Shown piece after piece: positions 1 through 11,425 of a stretch of 64,000 nt of DNA. A program made the translations under genes and the position numbers. The notes under the pieces were generated by a model. That model was given only the letters and a program-made list of their open reading frames with translations. It was not told the DNA's origin and did not search any database. Location of the stretch: the NCBI RefSeq assembly GCF_006345805.1, contig NC_043003.1, positions 21,142,001 to 21,206,000 of the forward strand, written 5' to 3'. How positions within the stretch are numbered: position 1 is the stretch's first letter; each line of letters opens with the position of its first letter. The DNA is from Octopus sinensis. Its lineage: Eukaryota.

Positions 1-330
1 AACTCTGCATCATGCCACACAAGCAGTAGAACCCAGTCATAGCTGTCAGATAATTTCTGTGACCACACCACCCCTAACATCTGGCCACCTAACTCCCCAG
101 ACAACAACCCCCTTGATTATTATGTGTGGAGCACTGTTGGGTGAGAGACCAACAAAACCCTTTGTAACACCAAAGATGAACTGAAGGCAAGGATTATGGC
201 AGCATTCACCAACTTAAACAAGTAGACTATCCAGAAGAGTTGCAGGAGATTTTGAAGTCATCTGGAGGCTGTGGAGAAACCAATGGTAATTTTATTGAAC
301 AAATTTACTCTTTAGTATTTCAAGATATTT
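1..330 (+). mobile_element. Tc1/mariner-superfamily transposase C-terminal relic (maT/DD37D-like), in FAAH intron
   Basis: Frame 1 from base 1 reads NSASCHTSSRTQS*LSDNFCDHTTPNIWPPNSPDNNPLDYYVWS...KARIMAAF with several stops. The WPPxSPDxNPLDY motif is present, with 37 residues between the expected second Asp (here N, residue 1) and the third Asp. Confidence 0.8.
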
Positions 331-674
331 TTATGTAATTTTTGTAAATATATCTGTTAAAATGAGATGTTAATGTTATTTTCATTTTTGCATAATTTAG
401 ACAACAATAAATTCACCACACAAGAGTAAACAAGAGAGACAGAAACAAGCAGAAAGAAAGAAAATGCCCCTTGTATTTGAATACTATGCAAATATTCTTT
501 TAAAAACTTTTCTTTTAATTTTTCCAAAATTTAATTGTTTTCCATACTTACAGTTGAAGAAATCACAATGACTGAAACTGGTACTGAAATGTTTTTTATA
601 AAATTATTTTAACATTTTCTACCTTGACTTTTTTTCCATATATATACCAACTTGTGTGTTCCTTTTCAACCTTC

Positions 675-736
<62 letters not shown>

Positions 737-1037
737 TACATAAATGTATGTGTGTATGTATGTATGTATGTACATATTCAATGAGCTTCCACACTGTTTC
801 CTTTTATGAAATTCACTCACAAAGCATTAATCGGCCTGAGGCTATAATAGAAGACACTTGCCCAACATGCTGGGTAGCAGGACTGAACCTGAAACCATGT
901 AGTTTCAAAATGGGCATTTTAACCATATTCAGGTTAATGAAGTGAATAAAAATCACATTTAGGAAGGTTTTAGGGTAAATATTATAAAGGGAGGAATAGA
1001 ACCGAAAGGGTTTGTGGAAAACATTTTACAGACTTAC

Positions 1038-1244
1038 CCCATGCGAGTAGTAGTTGTTTTTAATCCATAAATGCCACAAAAGTGAGCTGGACAGTGAATG
1101 CTACCACCAATATCTGTTCCTATACCTAAAATAGATCCACCATAACCTATGAGAGCTCCTTCCCCTCCGCTTGATCCACCAGGACATCGATCAGCTTTAA
1201 TCGGGTTTCTAGTTTTTCCGTAAATATTATTATTACAGGATTTA
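1038..1244 (-). CDS. FAAH: FAAH-like amidase, coding exon 7 (amidase signature; Ser-Ser of the triad)
   Basis: 207 bp; acceptor ttttctttgcag, donor gtaagt, phase 2/2. Encodes (S)KSCNNNIYGKTRNPIKADRCPGGSSGGEGALIGYGGSILGIGTDIGGSIHCPAHFCGIYGLKTTTTRM(G), containing the GGSSGGE and GTDIGGS motifs. Confidence 0.95.
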
Positions 1245-1743
1245 CTGCAAAGAAAATATGAATATTGAAAAGTTAGAACTAACAACTGATAAAAACAAAT
1301 GCAAGCAATTATCTATGGACTTATTCAATTGTAATATATATACATAATTGTAATATATATACATACTTAGAGAAAGTGTTTCATCACCATCACAACATCA
1401 CCATTGTTACCATCACTACTGTTGTTGTTATTACTGGTGTCCATGCAGTCAATTAGCTCCCTCCCCCAAAATTTCAGGCCTTGTGTGTTATAGTTATTAT
1501 TATTATTATTATTATCATCATCATCATTTAATGTCCGTTTTTCATACTGGCATTGGTGGAAGGAATTATTATTATTGTGATTATGACCATTATTTGGATG
1601 TTGCAAATCTATATAAAAAATTTCTGTTAATAAAGCTTTCAAGATTTAAAGCAACAACTGTGTGGAATAAAACACATCAAATATTTTCCCTTCAGTTTGA
1701 ACATTCAGTGCAAAAATTTCATTTACACCATGACTAAATATAT

Positions 1744-1782
<39 letters not shown>

Positions 1783-2035
1783 TTCATAAACAATGTAATC
1801 CTTATTGATTTTCAGTGAGAAAAGCATCGTAATGCAAAACTCAGGAGCACAGCTCACATTTAAAGGGCAATGTTTATGCTGCACACACTGATACCCCAGT
1901 CCACATCCAGTTAAAGGTCACCCCCTTTGGCTTGAGAAAAAAAAAAGGCGTTTGATTCAAGATGGGAAGTGTGAGCGAAAGGTTGAGGACTGCAAAGTGA
2001 TATAATTTGGCCCCAAGGAATTAATGAAAGCTTAC

Positions 2036-2097
2036 CTCATTAAAGACTGTGGTACATTTGTTGTGACAAATGGAACAGCACCAAGTTCTTTTAGACA
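2036..2097 (-). CDS. FAAH: FAAH-like coding exon 6
   Basis: 62 bp; acceptor tttctacttcag, donor gtaagc. Encodes CLKELGAVPFVTTNVPQSLM+AG, matching the FAAH GAVPFVxTNVPQS motif. Phase 2 joins the next exon to make a Ser codon. Confidence 0.93.
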
Positions 2098-2569
2098 CTG
2101 AAGTAGAAATTTAAGCCATTCAGCATTGATTCAATTATAGCAAACAAAGAAGTTAATTCAAAATGAAAATTATATTAATCCACATCTATATCTATCACTC
2201 TCTTTCTCTTCCCCTTTTCCCATTAATCCTCCCCTCCCTCCCTCTCCCTTTCCCTTTCTCTCTCCCTTTACTCTCTCTCTCTCTCTATATATCTCTCTCT
2301 CTCTCTTTCTCTCTTGGTCACCTTCTAAACAACTAAGAAATGAATGAACTCTGACAAAAAAAAAAGAAAGAAAACTCTTCTAATAAAATGCTGACATTTC
2401 TCCATCCTTTCATTAAAATATTCTCACATTTCATAATAAAACAATATGATATAAATAGTATCATATAATTAGTGTAATATAATTAGTATTATGAGCTAGG
2501 CATGGCTGTGTGGTCAAGAACTTTGCTTCCAACAAGTTTGCTTCAGGTTAAGTCCTGCTGTCTTCCACT

Positions 2570-2726
2570 ATAGCCACACCTGTCCCTACACAGCCACACC
2601 TGCACCTACACAGCAACACCTGTGACTACACAGCCACACCTGTGCCTATGCAGCCACACCTGTGCCTACACAGCCACGCCTATGCCTACACAGCCACACC
2701 TGTGCCTGCACAGCCATGCCTGTACC
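2570..2726 (+). repeat. 20-bp minisatellite (CACAGCCACACCTGTGCCTA), ~7-8 diverged copies
   Basis: Tandem units read directly; the array starts at the end of a truncated SINE head (2497-2575). Confidence 0.85.
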
Positions 2727-3939
2727 TGTCAATGCTTTCTTCCTTTATGCTGTGGGTACTTAGTGGGGATTTATTATTCTTGAATTGCATGGATGCAGCC
2801 TTCAAATTGAGATGTCATAATATTTTTTGTACTCTGTGTGAAGCTTTTGACATGATCAGTTTCTTCTATGATTTGCCTTTCTCATGCCAAGTACCCATGT
2901 ACTAACTTCTTATATTTTTTATTTTGTTCTTTTGATAAATATATTTTACTTAATTTCATGCCGCTCCTCAAGTTCATTAGCTATCCTAATTATGTTGTTG
3001 ATTTCATGGTCACAAACTTGGGGAAGATAGAAAATTACTATTTTTAAATCTCACAACGTGAGATATTGGGTAAGATAGTTACTGGTCGCTTTCTTCACCT
3101 GCAGATATTGTTTACAGTATCACAATACGTACGTATGTACGTATTTATGTAATTATTTATTTCAGTATGCAGCTGGAAAACACACTGCTTGTGTAAGGAA
3201 TGGGGAAAGCTTGGTCTGCAATGCTTGCAGTCATGTATGTTTGTCAAGAGCAGGGCTTTTTAGTCACCAACGGAGCCACAAGTGTAAAGTATAAGGCAGT
3301 CTTAAGTGCACAATGTTCCTAAAGTTCAGTAATGCTTTTCCTCAGTCACAAGTGGACAGCTATCATGTATGTATGTATGTGTGTATGTATGTGTGTATGT
3401 ATGTGTGTGTGTATGTGTGTATGTGTGTGTGTATGTGTGTGTGTATGTGTGTGTATGTGTATGTGTGTGTGTGTCTGTGTGTATGTATGTGTGTATGTAT
3501 GTGTGTGTGTGTGTGTATGTGTGTCACATATCACTTACTAAAGTGAAAAATATACCAAGTTTCCTTGGTAAGGAAGGTGGCTTTTGTTGGACACCCTGGA
3601 GGAGGAAAAATAAAACCTGACAAAGAGCAAATGCACTCAGTAGGATCAATAGCAATCCAATAACTCGGAGTGAGAGACCCTTAGCCTTTGTTTAGACATC
3701 TCTTTTTGAAAAGGAAAACTATGGTATAACATTTGTGATTTCATTTGTATACAATGATATAGACTAGTTCTACTTTCTGAGAAAATGCAAGTGCTGTTCA
3801 GAGATTGGGATTTCTCATATGCAAGGATTTTTCATTGTAAAGTACTTCAGTATAAAATACTACTCACCTGATTTTGTGTTGAATACTATAGCTGGGCATA
3901 GCTGAGAAAGGCAAAACAATCAACATAAAATTCCATATA

Positions 3940-4142
3940 GTAAAGATTGTTTGCCAACATAACATGGCAGTCCTGGTTTAGGACTAAGGTTACTGTAATT
4001 TAGCCCTAGGAGACATCGTTCCAGCTGGCTATACAACACGATCTGTGTCCTTATGTTTTTGAACATTTTCTCCTGGGGCTAAATTACAGCAACATTAGTC
4101 CTAAGCCAGGACTGCCCTGTTATGTTGGCAAACAATCTTTAC
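3940..4142. mobile_element. Foldback/MITE-like element with 74-bp inverted arms
   Basis: Left arm gtaaagattgtttgccaacataac...ccctaggaga and right arm tctcctgggg...gttatgttggcaaacaatctttac are reverse complements with ~5 mismatches; spacer ~55 bp. Confidence 0.85.
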
Positions 4143-4644
4143 CACAAAGTACTGTTGATGAATATCTCACATTGTGAGATTTAAAAATAGTAATTTTCTA
4201 ACAAAATTTCATGTTGGAATGAATGCATGTGTCAGCTTGGGTGATAAGCTCCCTGAATACCTACTGCAAGAGGTGCCCATCATTATCACATTTGTGCAGA
4301 AGTGTTTAGGTTCCAAGCAGGAGTTTAGGTCCCTAGCAGGAGTTTAGGTCTCTAGTACTAATCTCACCTGAATCAAATTCTTGGGTCTTAACTCATTTGT
4401 AATCACATTTCTTAATAAATGCTTTGTCTATGTATTTAATTAGTTTTGAAAATAGTAAAGAATTTGGAGGAATTTTGTAAAATAACTAAATCTGTTAATT
4501 CTAAGTTGGGATTTTCAACATCAAGAATGTCGTGTGGTATAGTTTTCATGAAATACTGTTTGAATGCTTCTTACCCAAAAAATATCTACTGAAGTACCAC
4601 ATCCAAGACATCCAGGTTTCAAATGAAGCTACAGAAAGAAACAA

Positions 4645-4850
4645 GGCAGCGAGCTGGCAGAAATGTTAGCAAGCAGGGCGAAATGCTTAGCAGTATTTCC
4701 TCTGTCTTTACGTCCTGAGTTCAAATTCCACCAAGGTTGACTTTGCCTTTCATCCTTTCAGGGTCAATAAATTAAGAACCAGTTGCATACTGGGTCGATG
4801 TAATCGACTGGCCCCTCCCCAAAAATTTTGGGCCTTGAGCCTAGTGTAGA
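4645..4850 (+). mobile_element. tRNA-derived SINE, family B (octopus OR-like; head ggcagcgagctggcagaa)
   Basis: Pol III A/B-box-like head (gagctggcag; gagttcaaattcc) and body ttcatcctttcagggtcaataaattaag. Related copies at ~6085-6240(-), 7380-7560(-), 12020-12215(-), 35755-36185(-), 36260-36476(+), 52130-52350(-) and 62710-62830(-). Confidence 0.8.
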
Positions 4851-5620
4851 AAGAAAGGAACATTGGGAACCCAAGGATAAAAGAAGTTACAACCTGCATA
4901 TTAATAACAGATCTGAACTACATGCAACTGTTTGGCTACTATAGCAATGCATAGCAACCCTTCAAACACACACTGCAGAACAGAGTAGGCAGCTAGCAAC
5001 ACCTTTCTCCAAAGATTTTCCGAAGAAGAGGTCCTAATACTGAAATACTGAAATACCAGGTAAAAATACAAATCTTTATTAAAAATCATACTTTCATTCT
5101 TTTAGCTTTAATAAAAAAAATAAGAACATTTATATAAAGAAAGTTATTACATAAAATAAATAATTAAAACATTTATATAAAGAAAGTTATTATATTAAAT
5201 GTAATAGAAGGTTTTTATTTTAAATGCAAATTCTTTTAAACAGGAGAAATTGTATTGTTTAACCTGGGAATATGTTTGACAAGTTGGTACCAAAAAGTTA
5301 GGATTGGATTGGATTGGATTTAATTGCCCATGTTTAGTTAACTACAGGATGAAAGCCTCAGCATGTCCTCTCCACCAATCACAGTCTGATGTGGAGGCCA
5401 TGAATTTTTAGCATGAGATCATACTGGTTTCATGAGCCTACTCTGCCACAATAACTAGACATGGCTTAGCAGATGGGTGTAAGTCTTATATTCATACCCA
5501 GGAGTCATTAGGTCAATTACTAAAACATTTAACTCTTCACTATTCACTTTCACTCTTCATTGGGATTCTGAAATTGCTTAGAATGACTGAAGCATTTTTT
5601 TAGTATAAAATAAAACATAC

Positions 5621-5695
5621 CTTAACAAGATTTGAATCATCTGCATGAGGTGGGCTCAACAGGCTGAAACCTAAGCCACAGGTTGCGCGAAGTCC
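5621..5695 (-). CDS. FAAH: FAAH-like coding exon 5
   Basis: 75 bp; long pyrimidine tract ending ttcaattag, donor gtatgt, phase 0/0. Encodes GLRATCGLGFSLLSPPHADDSNLVK and fills the gap between SLKE..YK and CLKELGAVPF. Confidence 0.85.
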
Positions 5696-8091
5696 CTAAT
5701 TGAATGAAAGAAAAGAAAAGGCAAAGAAAATTATTATAAGATCGAAACTGTGTAACTAGCCTTTCTAGTTTATTCTACTACATCCAACAGGATCACTACA
5801 CAGTTAGTCAACCAGCTATAAATAGCAGTCAAGCCTTCCTCAAATCCCACTGTTATGACAATGCAGTCTTCAATATATATAAAATCACAGAATTGTCCTA
5901 ATTTCTGGTCTACTTGATCAGGGTTGGATTAGGAAGAGCAACAACAACACACTGTTTATTATTGTTATATTGTTGTTTACCCCCTAAAATAACTATGGTA
6001 ACCATTTAATACAATGTAATATATAAAGATGTGCAACATAGTCTTAATACAATGTTGATACACTTGTAATATACACTAAAATTAGTTTCAAATTTTGGCA
6101 CAAGGCTATCAATTCTGGGAGCAGGGTTAAGTAAATTATATTGACCCCAGTGCTTCACTGGTACTTATTTTATCCACCCAGAATAGATGAAAGGTAAAAT
6201 CAACCTCAGTGTGTTAATGATTCTGCCAATTTGCCACCTTAGCTATTACCCACTAATATTAATACATTTCTAATATGCATTCGTCTGTTAGAATTATGAG
6301 GGCCATACAGTCATCCTTGATGAAGGATGACTGATGACTTGCATGGTGACTTTGTTTAGAATGATGAAATTTTGTGCACTGTCACCCTCACTCTCTCATC
6401 TGTGTCCATCTTCAATTCAGTGTTAAGACCAGGTTAAGATGACTGTGAATGGAAACAAATGCAAAAGATGACCAAGATGTCTTACTTGCTTCATCTTGCT
6501 TGGCAACATTTTGTCTATCTTCGTGTTCCTTTCAGGGTCGATAAAATAAGTACCTGTTGAGTACTGAGGATCAATGTAATCAATTTACCTCCTCTCCCAA
6601 AATTTCTGGCCTTCTCCCAAAATTTGAAACCATTATTACAATATTCTTCTGATTGTCAGGTAGGCATTATAGGTGTTGTAGGTCAATGTATGTGCCTATA
6701 GTAAACAAAACTGCAACCTAAATTCCAAATCTAAAGTTAATTCACTTTACTCACACCTCTTAATACTTTTAGAAAGACATGAATGCAACAGTTTCATATT
6801 TTTCTTTTAATTTAATGCATGGAGCCTTTCTGCCAGTTAAAACAAATTAGTTTTTTACTTCATTTCATTTCATCCATAACAATAGGTTATGAATCATCAT
6901 CATCATTGTCGTTTAACGTCTGCTTTCCATGCTGGTATGGGTTGGACGGTTTGACTGAGGGCTGGTGAGCCAGAAGACCGTACCAGGCTCCAATCTGATC
7001 TGGCAAAGTTTCTACAGCTGGATGCCCTTCCTTAACGCCAACCACTCCAAGAGTGTAGGTGTGCTTTAACGTACCACCAACATAAGGGCCAGTCAAGCAG
7101 TACTGACATCGATCACACTCAAATGGTTCTTTTTACGTGCCACCTGCACAGAATGACACCCTGTAAATTGATGTGGAGACCATTGCATACTCTGTAACTT
7201 TTGGAATTGAGCTGACTTAGGGAAAAATTAACATTTAGTATACTGCATTTTTTGTTCAGTGACATGATGTACCTAAAGGTTACTAAAGGTTAAAGAACTA
7301 CAGTGGTACAGAAATATAATCAAGAAACAGTGAAACGTTATTGAAAATTATTAAATCATTTAATTACTGGTTTTAAATTTTGACACAAGGTCAGCAATTT
7401 GTGGGCAGGAGGTAAGTCAGTTACATTGACCTCTTTCAGTTGATACTTATTTTAATGACCCCAAAAGGATGAAAGGCAAAGTCAACATCAGCAGCATTTG
7501 AACTCAGAACATAGAGTTGGAAGAAATGCTGCTAAGCAGTCTTTCTGGTGCAATAACAGTTTGCCGATGTTGCTGCCTTGTCATTCAATAATTGGAAATA
7601 TATTTCCATATATAAGCACTGGAATGATTCACCTTGCAACCATGTGCTTTTCGATTCAATCCCATTGTGCTGCACTTTTGACAAGTGTCTTTCTATTATA
7701 GCCCAGGACAATCAATGCCTTGTGAATGAATTTGGTAAATGGAAACTGTGTAGAAGCCTATCATATGTGTGTGTGTGTGTGTGTCTATGTGTATTTGATT
7801 ATATGTTGTATGTGCATGTGTTTGTGTGAGTCTGTATATATTTGTGCCTTTGGGTTTGTGTTTGTCCCACCCTCCACCACATGACAACTAGTATCGGTTT
7901 CTTTACATCCCCATAACTTAGCACTTCAGCAATAGAGACCAATAAAACAGGTACCAGGCTTAAAAATAAACAACTAGGGTCAGTTTGTTCAACTAAATCC
8001 TACAAAGCACTGCTCCAGCATGGCCTTGGTTCACTGACTGAAACAAGAAAAAGAATAAAGAAATAAAGGACAAAAGAAATAAGGAACCAAC

Positions 8092-8181
8092 CTTGTAGAT
8101 TATGTTTTCTTTGAGGCTGATTGGAATTCCATGAAGAGGTTTGGTCACATATGGCACAGAATCACATTTCTCAGCTAATTC
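8092..8181 (-). CDS. FAAH: FAAH-like coding exon 4 (catalytic Lys)
   Basis: 90 bp; acceptor ttttttcctctag, donor gttggt. Encodes ELAEKCDSVPYVTKPLHGIPISLKENIIYK, containing the PLHGIPISLKE amidase motif. Confidence 0.93.
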
Positions 8182-8502
8182 CTAGAGGAAAAAAAACCCC
8201 CAAAATCATTAACATTTTTAAATGCAAGCATGGCTCTGTGGTAAGAAGCTTGCTTTCCAACTACATGATCCCAGATTCAGTCCTACTGCATGGTACCTTG
8301 AGCAAGAGTTTTCTACTATAGCCTCAGGCTGACCAAAGTCTTGTGAGTGGACTTGGAAGATGGAAACTGATAGAAGCCTGTTGTACATATACATACATAT
8401 ATATATAAAAATTTAAAATAATAATGGTGAAAAATTAAATATTAATTTGATTAATATCAATTTAGAACCAGTGGTCTAGCATGTGGAAAAATTTGAAGAT
8501 TT

Positions 8503-8762
8503 GTGGACATCCATTATGCTAGAAGAAGATCTGCTATGGTCTTACCACTAAGAAAGGAATGTTCTCAAGAAAATTTAGCAAACGCCAAAACATAAGTGAT
8601 CAAGACAAATGAAAAGAAACAAAATATACAGATTAATCACAAACCAGTTTCGTTGTTACCACTTACGTAATCACTTATGTAGATGTTCGCAACTCGTCAG
8701 TGAGAACATTCCTTTCTTAGTGGTAAGACCTTAGGGGTCTTACTAACATAATGGATGTCCAC
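8503..8762. mobile_element. Foldback/MITE-like element with ~65-95 bp inverted arms
   Basis: gtggacatccattatg...ggtcttaccactaagaaaggaatgttctca pairs with tgagaacattcctttcttagtggtaagacc...cataatggatgtccac. A similar terminus (gtccactttagtggtc..cctctt) recurs near 46000. Confidence 0.75.
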
Positions 8763-8777
8763 TTAGTGGTCGTCCCT

Positions 8778-8826
<49 letters not shown>

Positions 8827-9182
8827 TGGCACGTAAAAAGCACCCACTACACGGAGTGGTTGGCGTTAGGAAGGGCATCCAGCCGTAGAAACACTGCCAG
8901 ATCAGACTGGGCCTGATGCAGTCTTCTGGCTTCCCAGACCCTAGTTGAACCGTTCAACCCATGCTAGCATGGAAAGTGGACGCTAAATGATGCTGATGAT
9001 GATGATGATGATGATGATATATATATCTGTGTGTGTCTTTGTATCTATGTTTGTCCTCCACCACTGCTTGACACTGGTGTTGATGAGTTTACATTCCCAT
9101 AACTTAATGGTTCAGCAAAAAAGACTGACAGAATAAGTACCAGACTTATAATAAGTAAATCCTGGGGTCGATACATTTGATT

Positions 9183-9730
9183 AATGAAGATAGTGGAAAG
9201 TGTGTTGGAGATGAGAATTTGGAAAGGGGTGGATGTGGATGCAATGCAATTTGGAAGGGGGACAATACATGCAACGTTCATTGTAAGGAGATTGCAAGAG
9301 AAACATTGAGATAAGGAGGAGTTGTACATGTGCTTCGTTGATCTGGAGAAGGCATTTGATAGGGTTCCAAGGAAGGTGACTGAGAGGGCATTGAGGAAGA
9401 TAGATGTACTAGAGGTGAGGTGTAGAGAGAGGAGAGGTGTAGAGAGGTGAGGGCAGTGATAAGTTTGTATGAGGGGGTAATGTCAAGAGTTAGCATAGGA
9501 TTAGAGCTGTCAGAGGAGTTTGCAGTGAAAGTTGGTGTGCATCAGGGATCTGCGTTGCCACTCTTGTTGTTTGCAATAGTGGTTGATGTGGTGATGGACA
9601 GTGCAAGAGAGGGATTGATAATGGAGATACTGTATGCAGATACCTTATTCTGATGAGTGTGACGATGGAGGGAATGAGGGAGAAGTTTTGGAAATGAAGG
9701 AGGCGTTTGAAAGCAAGGGTTTGAAGGTAA
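9183..9730 (+). mobile_element. RTE-clade LINE reverse transcriptase relic
   Basis: Frameshifted translation gives YMCFVDLEKAFDRVPRK, EEFAVKVGVHQGSALPLLLFAIV and LYAD; antisense within a FAAH intron. Confidence 0.88.
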
Positions 9731-10091
9731 AAGATAAAATATAGTAAAAGATAAAATATATAAACACACTTACATACATGCACACAAGCTTACACATACA
9801 CACATATGTATATATGCAAATATGCATCTGCACATACACACACATACACACATATAAGTGCACATACAAATACATATGAGAAAGAACCTTGAACAATATA
9901 CTGACTACACAGATTGCACCTCAAGCATAAAGATACACATGAAGCAACTATAAACACAAACAGTACATGTAACAGAAGGAACATACATAGAACACACATA
10001 GAACAATATAGGATAGTATATAGAATAATATTTAGAAAACACATTGTAGGCTACTTGGAGAATAAACTCAGAATGAATCAAGTTTTCTTAC

Positions 10092-10148
10092 CTCAGCTTC
10101 AGGAATTATTGCAATTAAACAATTGGTTTCCTCTTGAGCTTCAAGTGC
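10092..10148 (-). CDS. FAAH: FAAH-like coding exon 3
   Basis: 57 bp; acceptor ttttctaatacag, donor gtaaga. Encodes ALEAQEETNCLIAIIPEAE, resembling FAAH A(W/L)EVN..TNC. Confidence 0.88.
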
Positions 10149-10905
10149 CTGTATTAGAAAATCAGAGGTTAGACATACTAAATATTGGTTTATAATATTG
10201 GCAAGAAAGCATATATTTTGGGGTGGGGAAAGGATAATCATCATCATTATCGTTTAACGTCCGCTTTCCATGCTAGCATGGTTGGACGATTTGACTGAAG
10301 GCTGGTGAACCAGATGGCTGCATTAGGCTCCAATCTTGATCTGGCAGAGTTTCTACAGCTTGATGCCCTTCCTAACGCCAACCACTCTGAGAGTGTAGTG
10401 GGTGCTTTTACGTGCCACCGGCATGGGTGCCAGTCAGGCGGTACTGGCAATAATCTCGCACAAATCTTTTTACACATGCCACCGGCACAGGTGCCACCAG
10501 CATGGAAGCCAGTTTGCCGCTCTGGCAACGATTACACTCGGATAACAGCTAATTAAATTGAATCTTCATTATATTAATGGTATTTGTTTTATCAGCCCTT
10601 GAAGCATGAAAGAAAATAAGAGTCAATTTCAGTGAGATTTGAACTCACAACATAAAGGCATGTAATTAAAAACCACAATCTGTTTAGCTGCCACAATATG
10701 GATTATTATGACAATAACCCATAGAGGATTATTCTAGTGAAGGAATTATTATAACCTTGTATGTGTGTGTATGTGGGCATGCATTCTTGGAGTAGTTGGC
10801 ATTAGGAAGGGCATCCACCCATTACCATTTCGAGTCAAACCATGTAACACAAGCCAGCATGGAAAATAGGTCCTAAATGATGATGATGATGAAGATGATG
10901 ATGAA

Positions 10906-10947
<42 letters not shown>

Positions 10948-11425
10948 ATAGATATATATATATACAACAGATTCTATTCAGCTTTTGTCTACAAAATCCA
11001 TTCACAAATCCTTTCACATGGCACCAGTTTGAGAGTTCTTGAGTTATAGGGTATGTGGAGTCACCTTTTAATCACCATTACTCTTAGGTTCATTCTGACC
11101 CAATACGATAGTATCTGTCAAGGTTCTATTTAAGGGTTAAATAGATTTTCCATGGGATAGAGGATGGTCCCATTATTTTTGAGAAAGCAGTGGGGAAGGT
11201 AGCTCTTGTAAATTACCAATAATCCTTGCAAATGACCCATTTTTTAGAAGCCTTCAGCAATTACTAGCTGCCAGCTGGTAATGGCTAAAGGTTCTTATTA
11301 GGAAGATTCAAAGTTTTAGCACTTCTTTCAAGCTTGCTTTATAATGATACAAGTGAATAAAATATAAGAATGGTTTTAAAAAGAAAGTAATCAGAAAAAA
11401 TTTAAAGTAATAAAAGTAAAATAAC

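Noticed and set aside
652-945. YIYI, CVCV, HTHT, poly-I/H/S ORFs here and throughout the window
   Set aside because: They are products of (TA)n, (TG)n, (TATG)n, (ATT)n and (CAT)n repeats plus SINE sequence.
1-1037. Next FAAH exon after the 1038 donor
   Set aside because: No convincing acceptor plus amidase-like sequence was found. The interval is transposase relic, microsatellite and SINE, so the exon presumably lies beyond the window.
4300-4360. Three 19-bp tandem units (agcaggagtttaggtccct); also a 20-bp duplication at ~53148-53187
   Set aside because: These are small local slippage duplications with no further structure.
6308-6333. 11-bp perfect hairpin cagtcatcctt-gatg-aaggatgactg followed by CTGATGA
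   Set aside because: It is short and isolated, the downstream hammerhead elements are absent, and such palindromes are expected occasionally.
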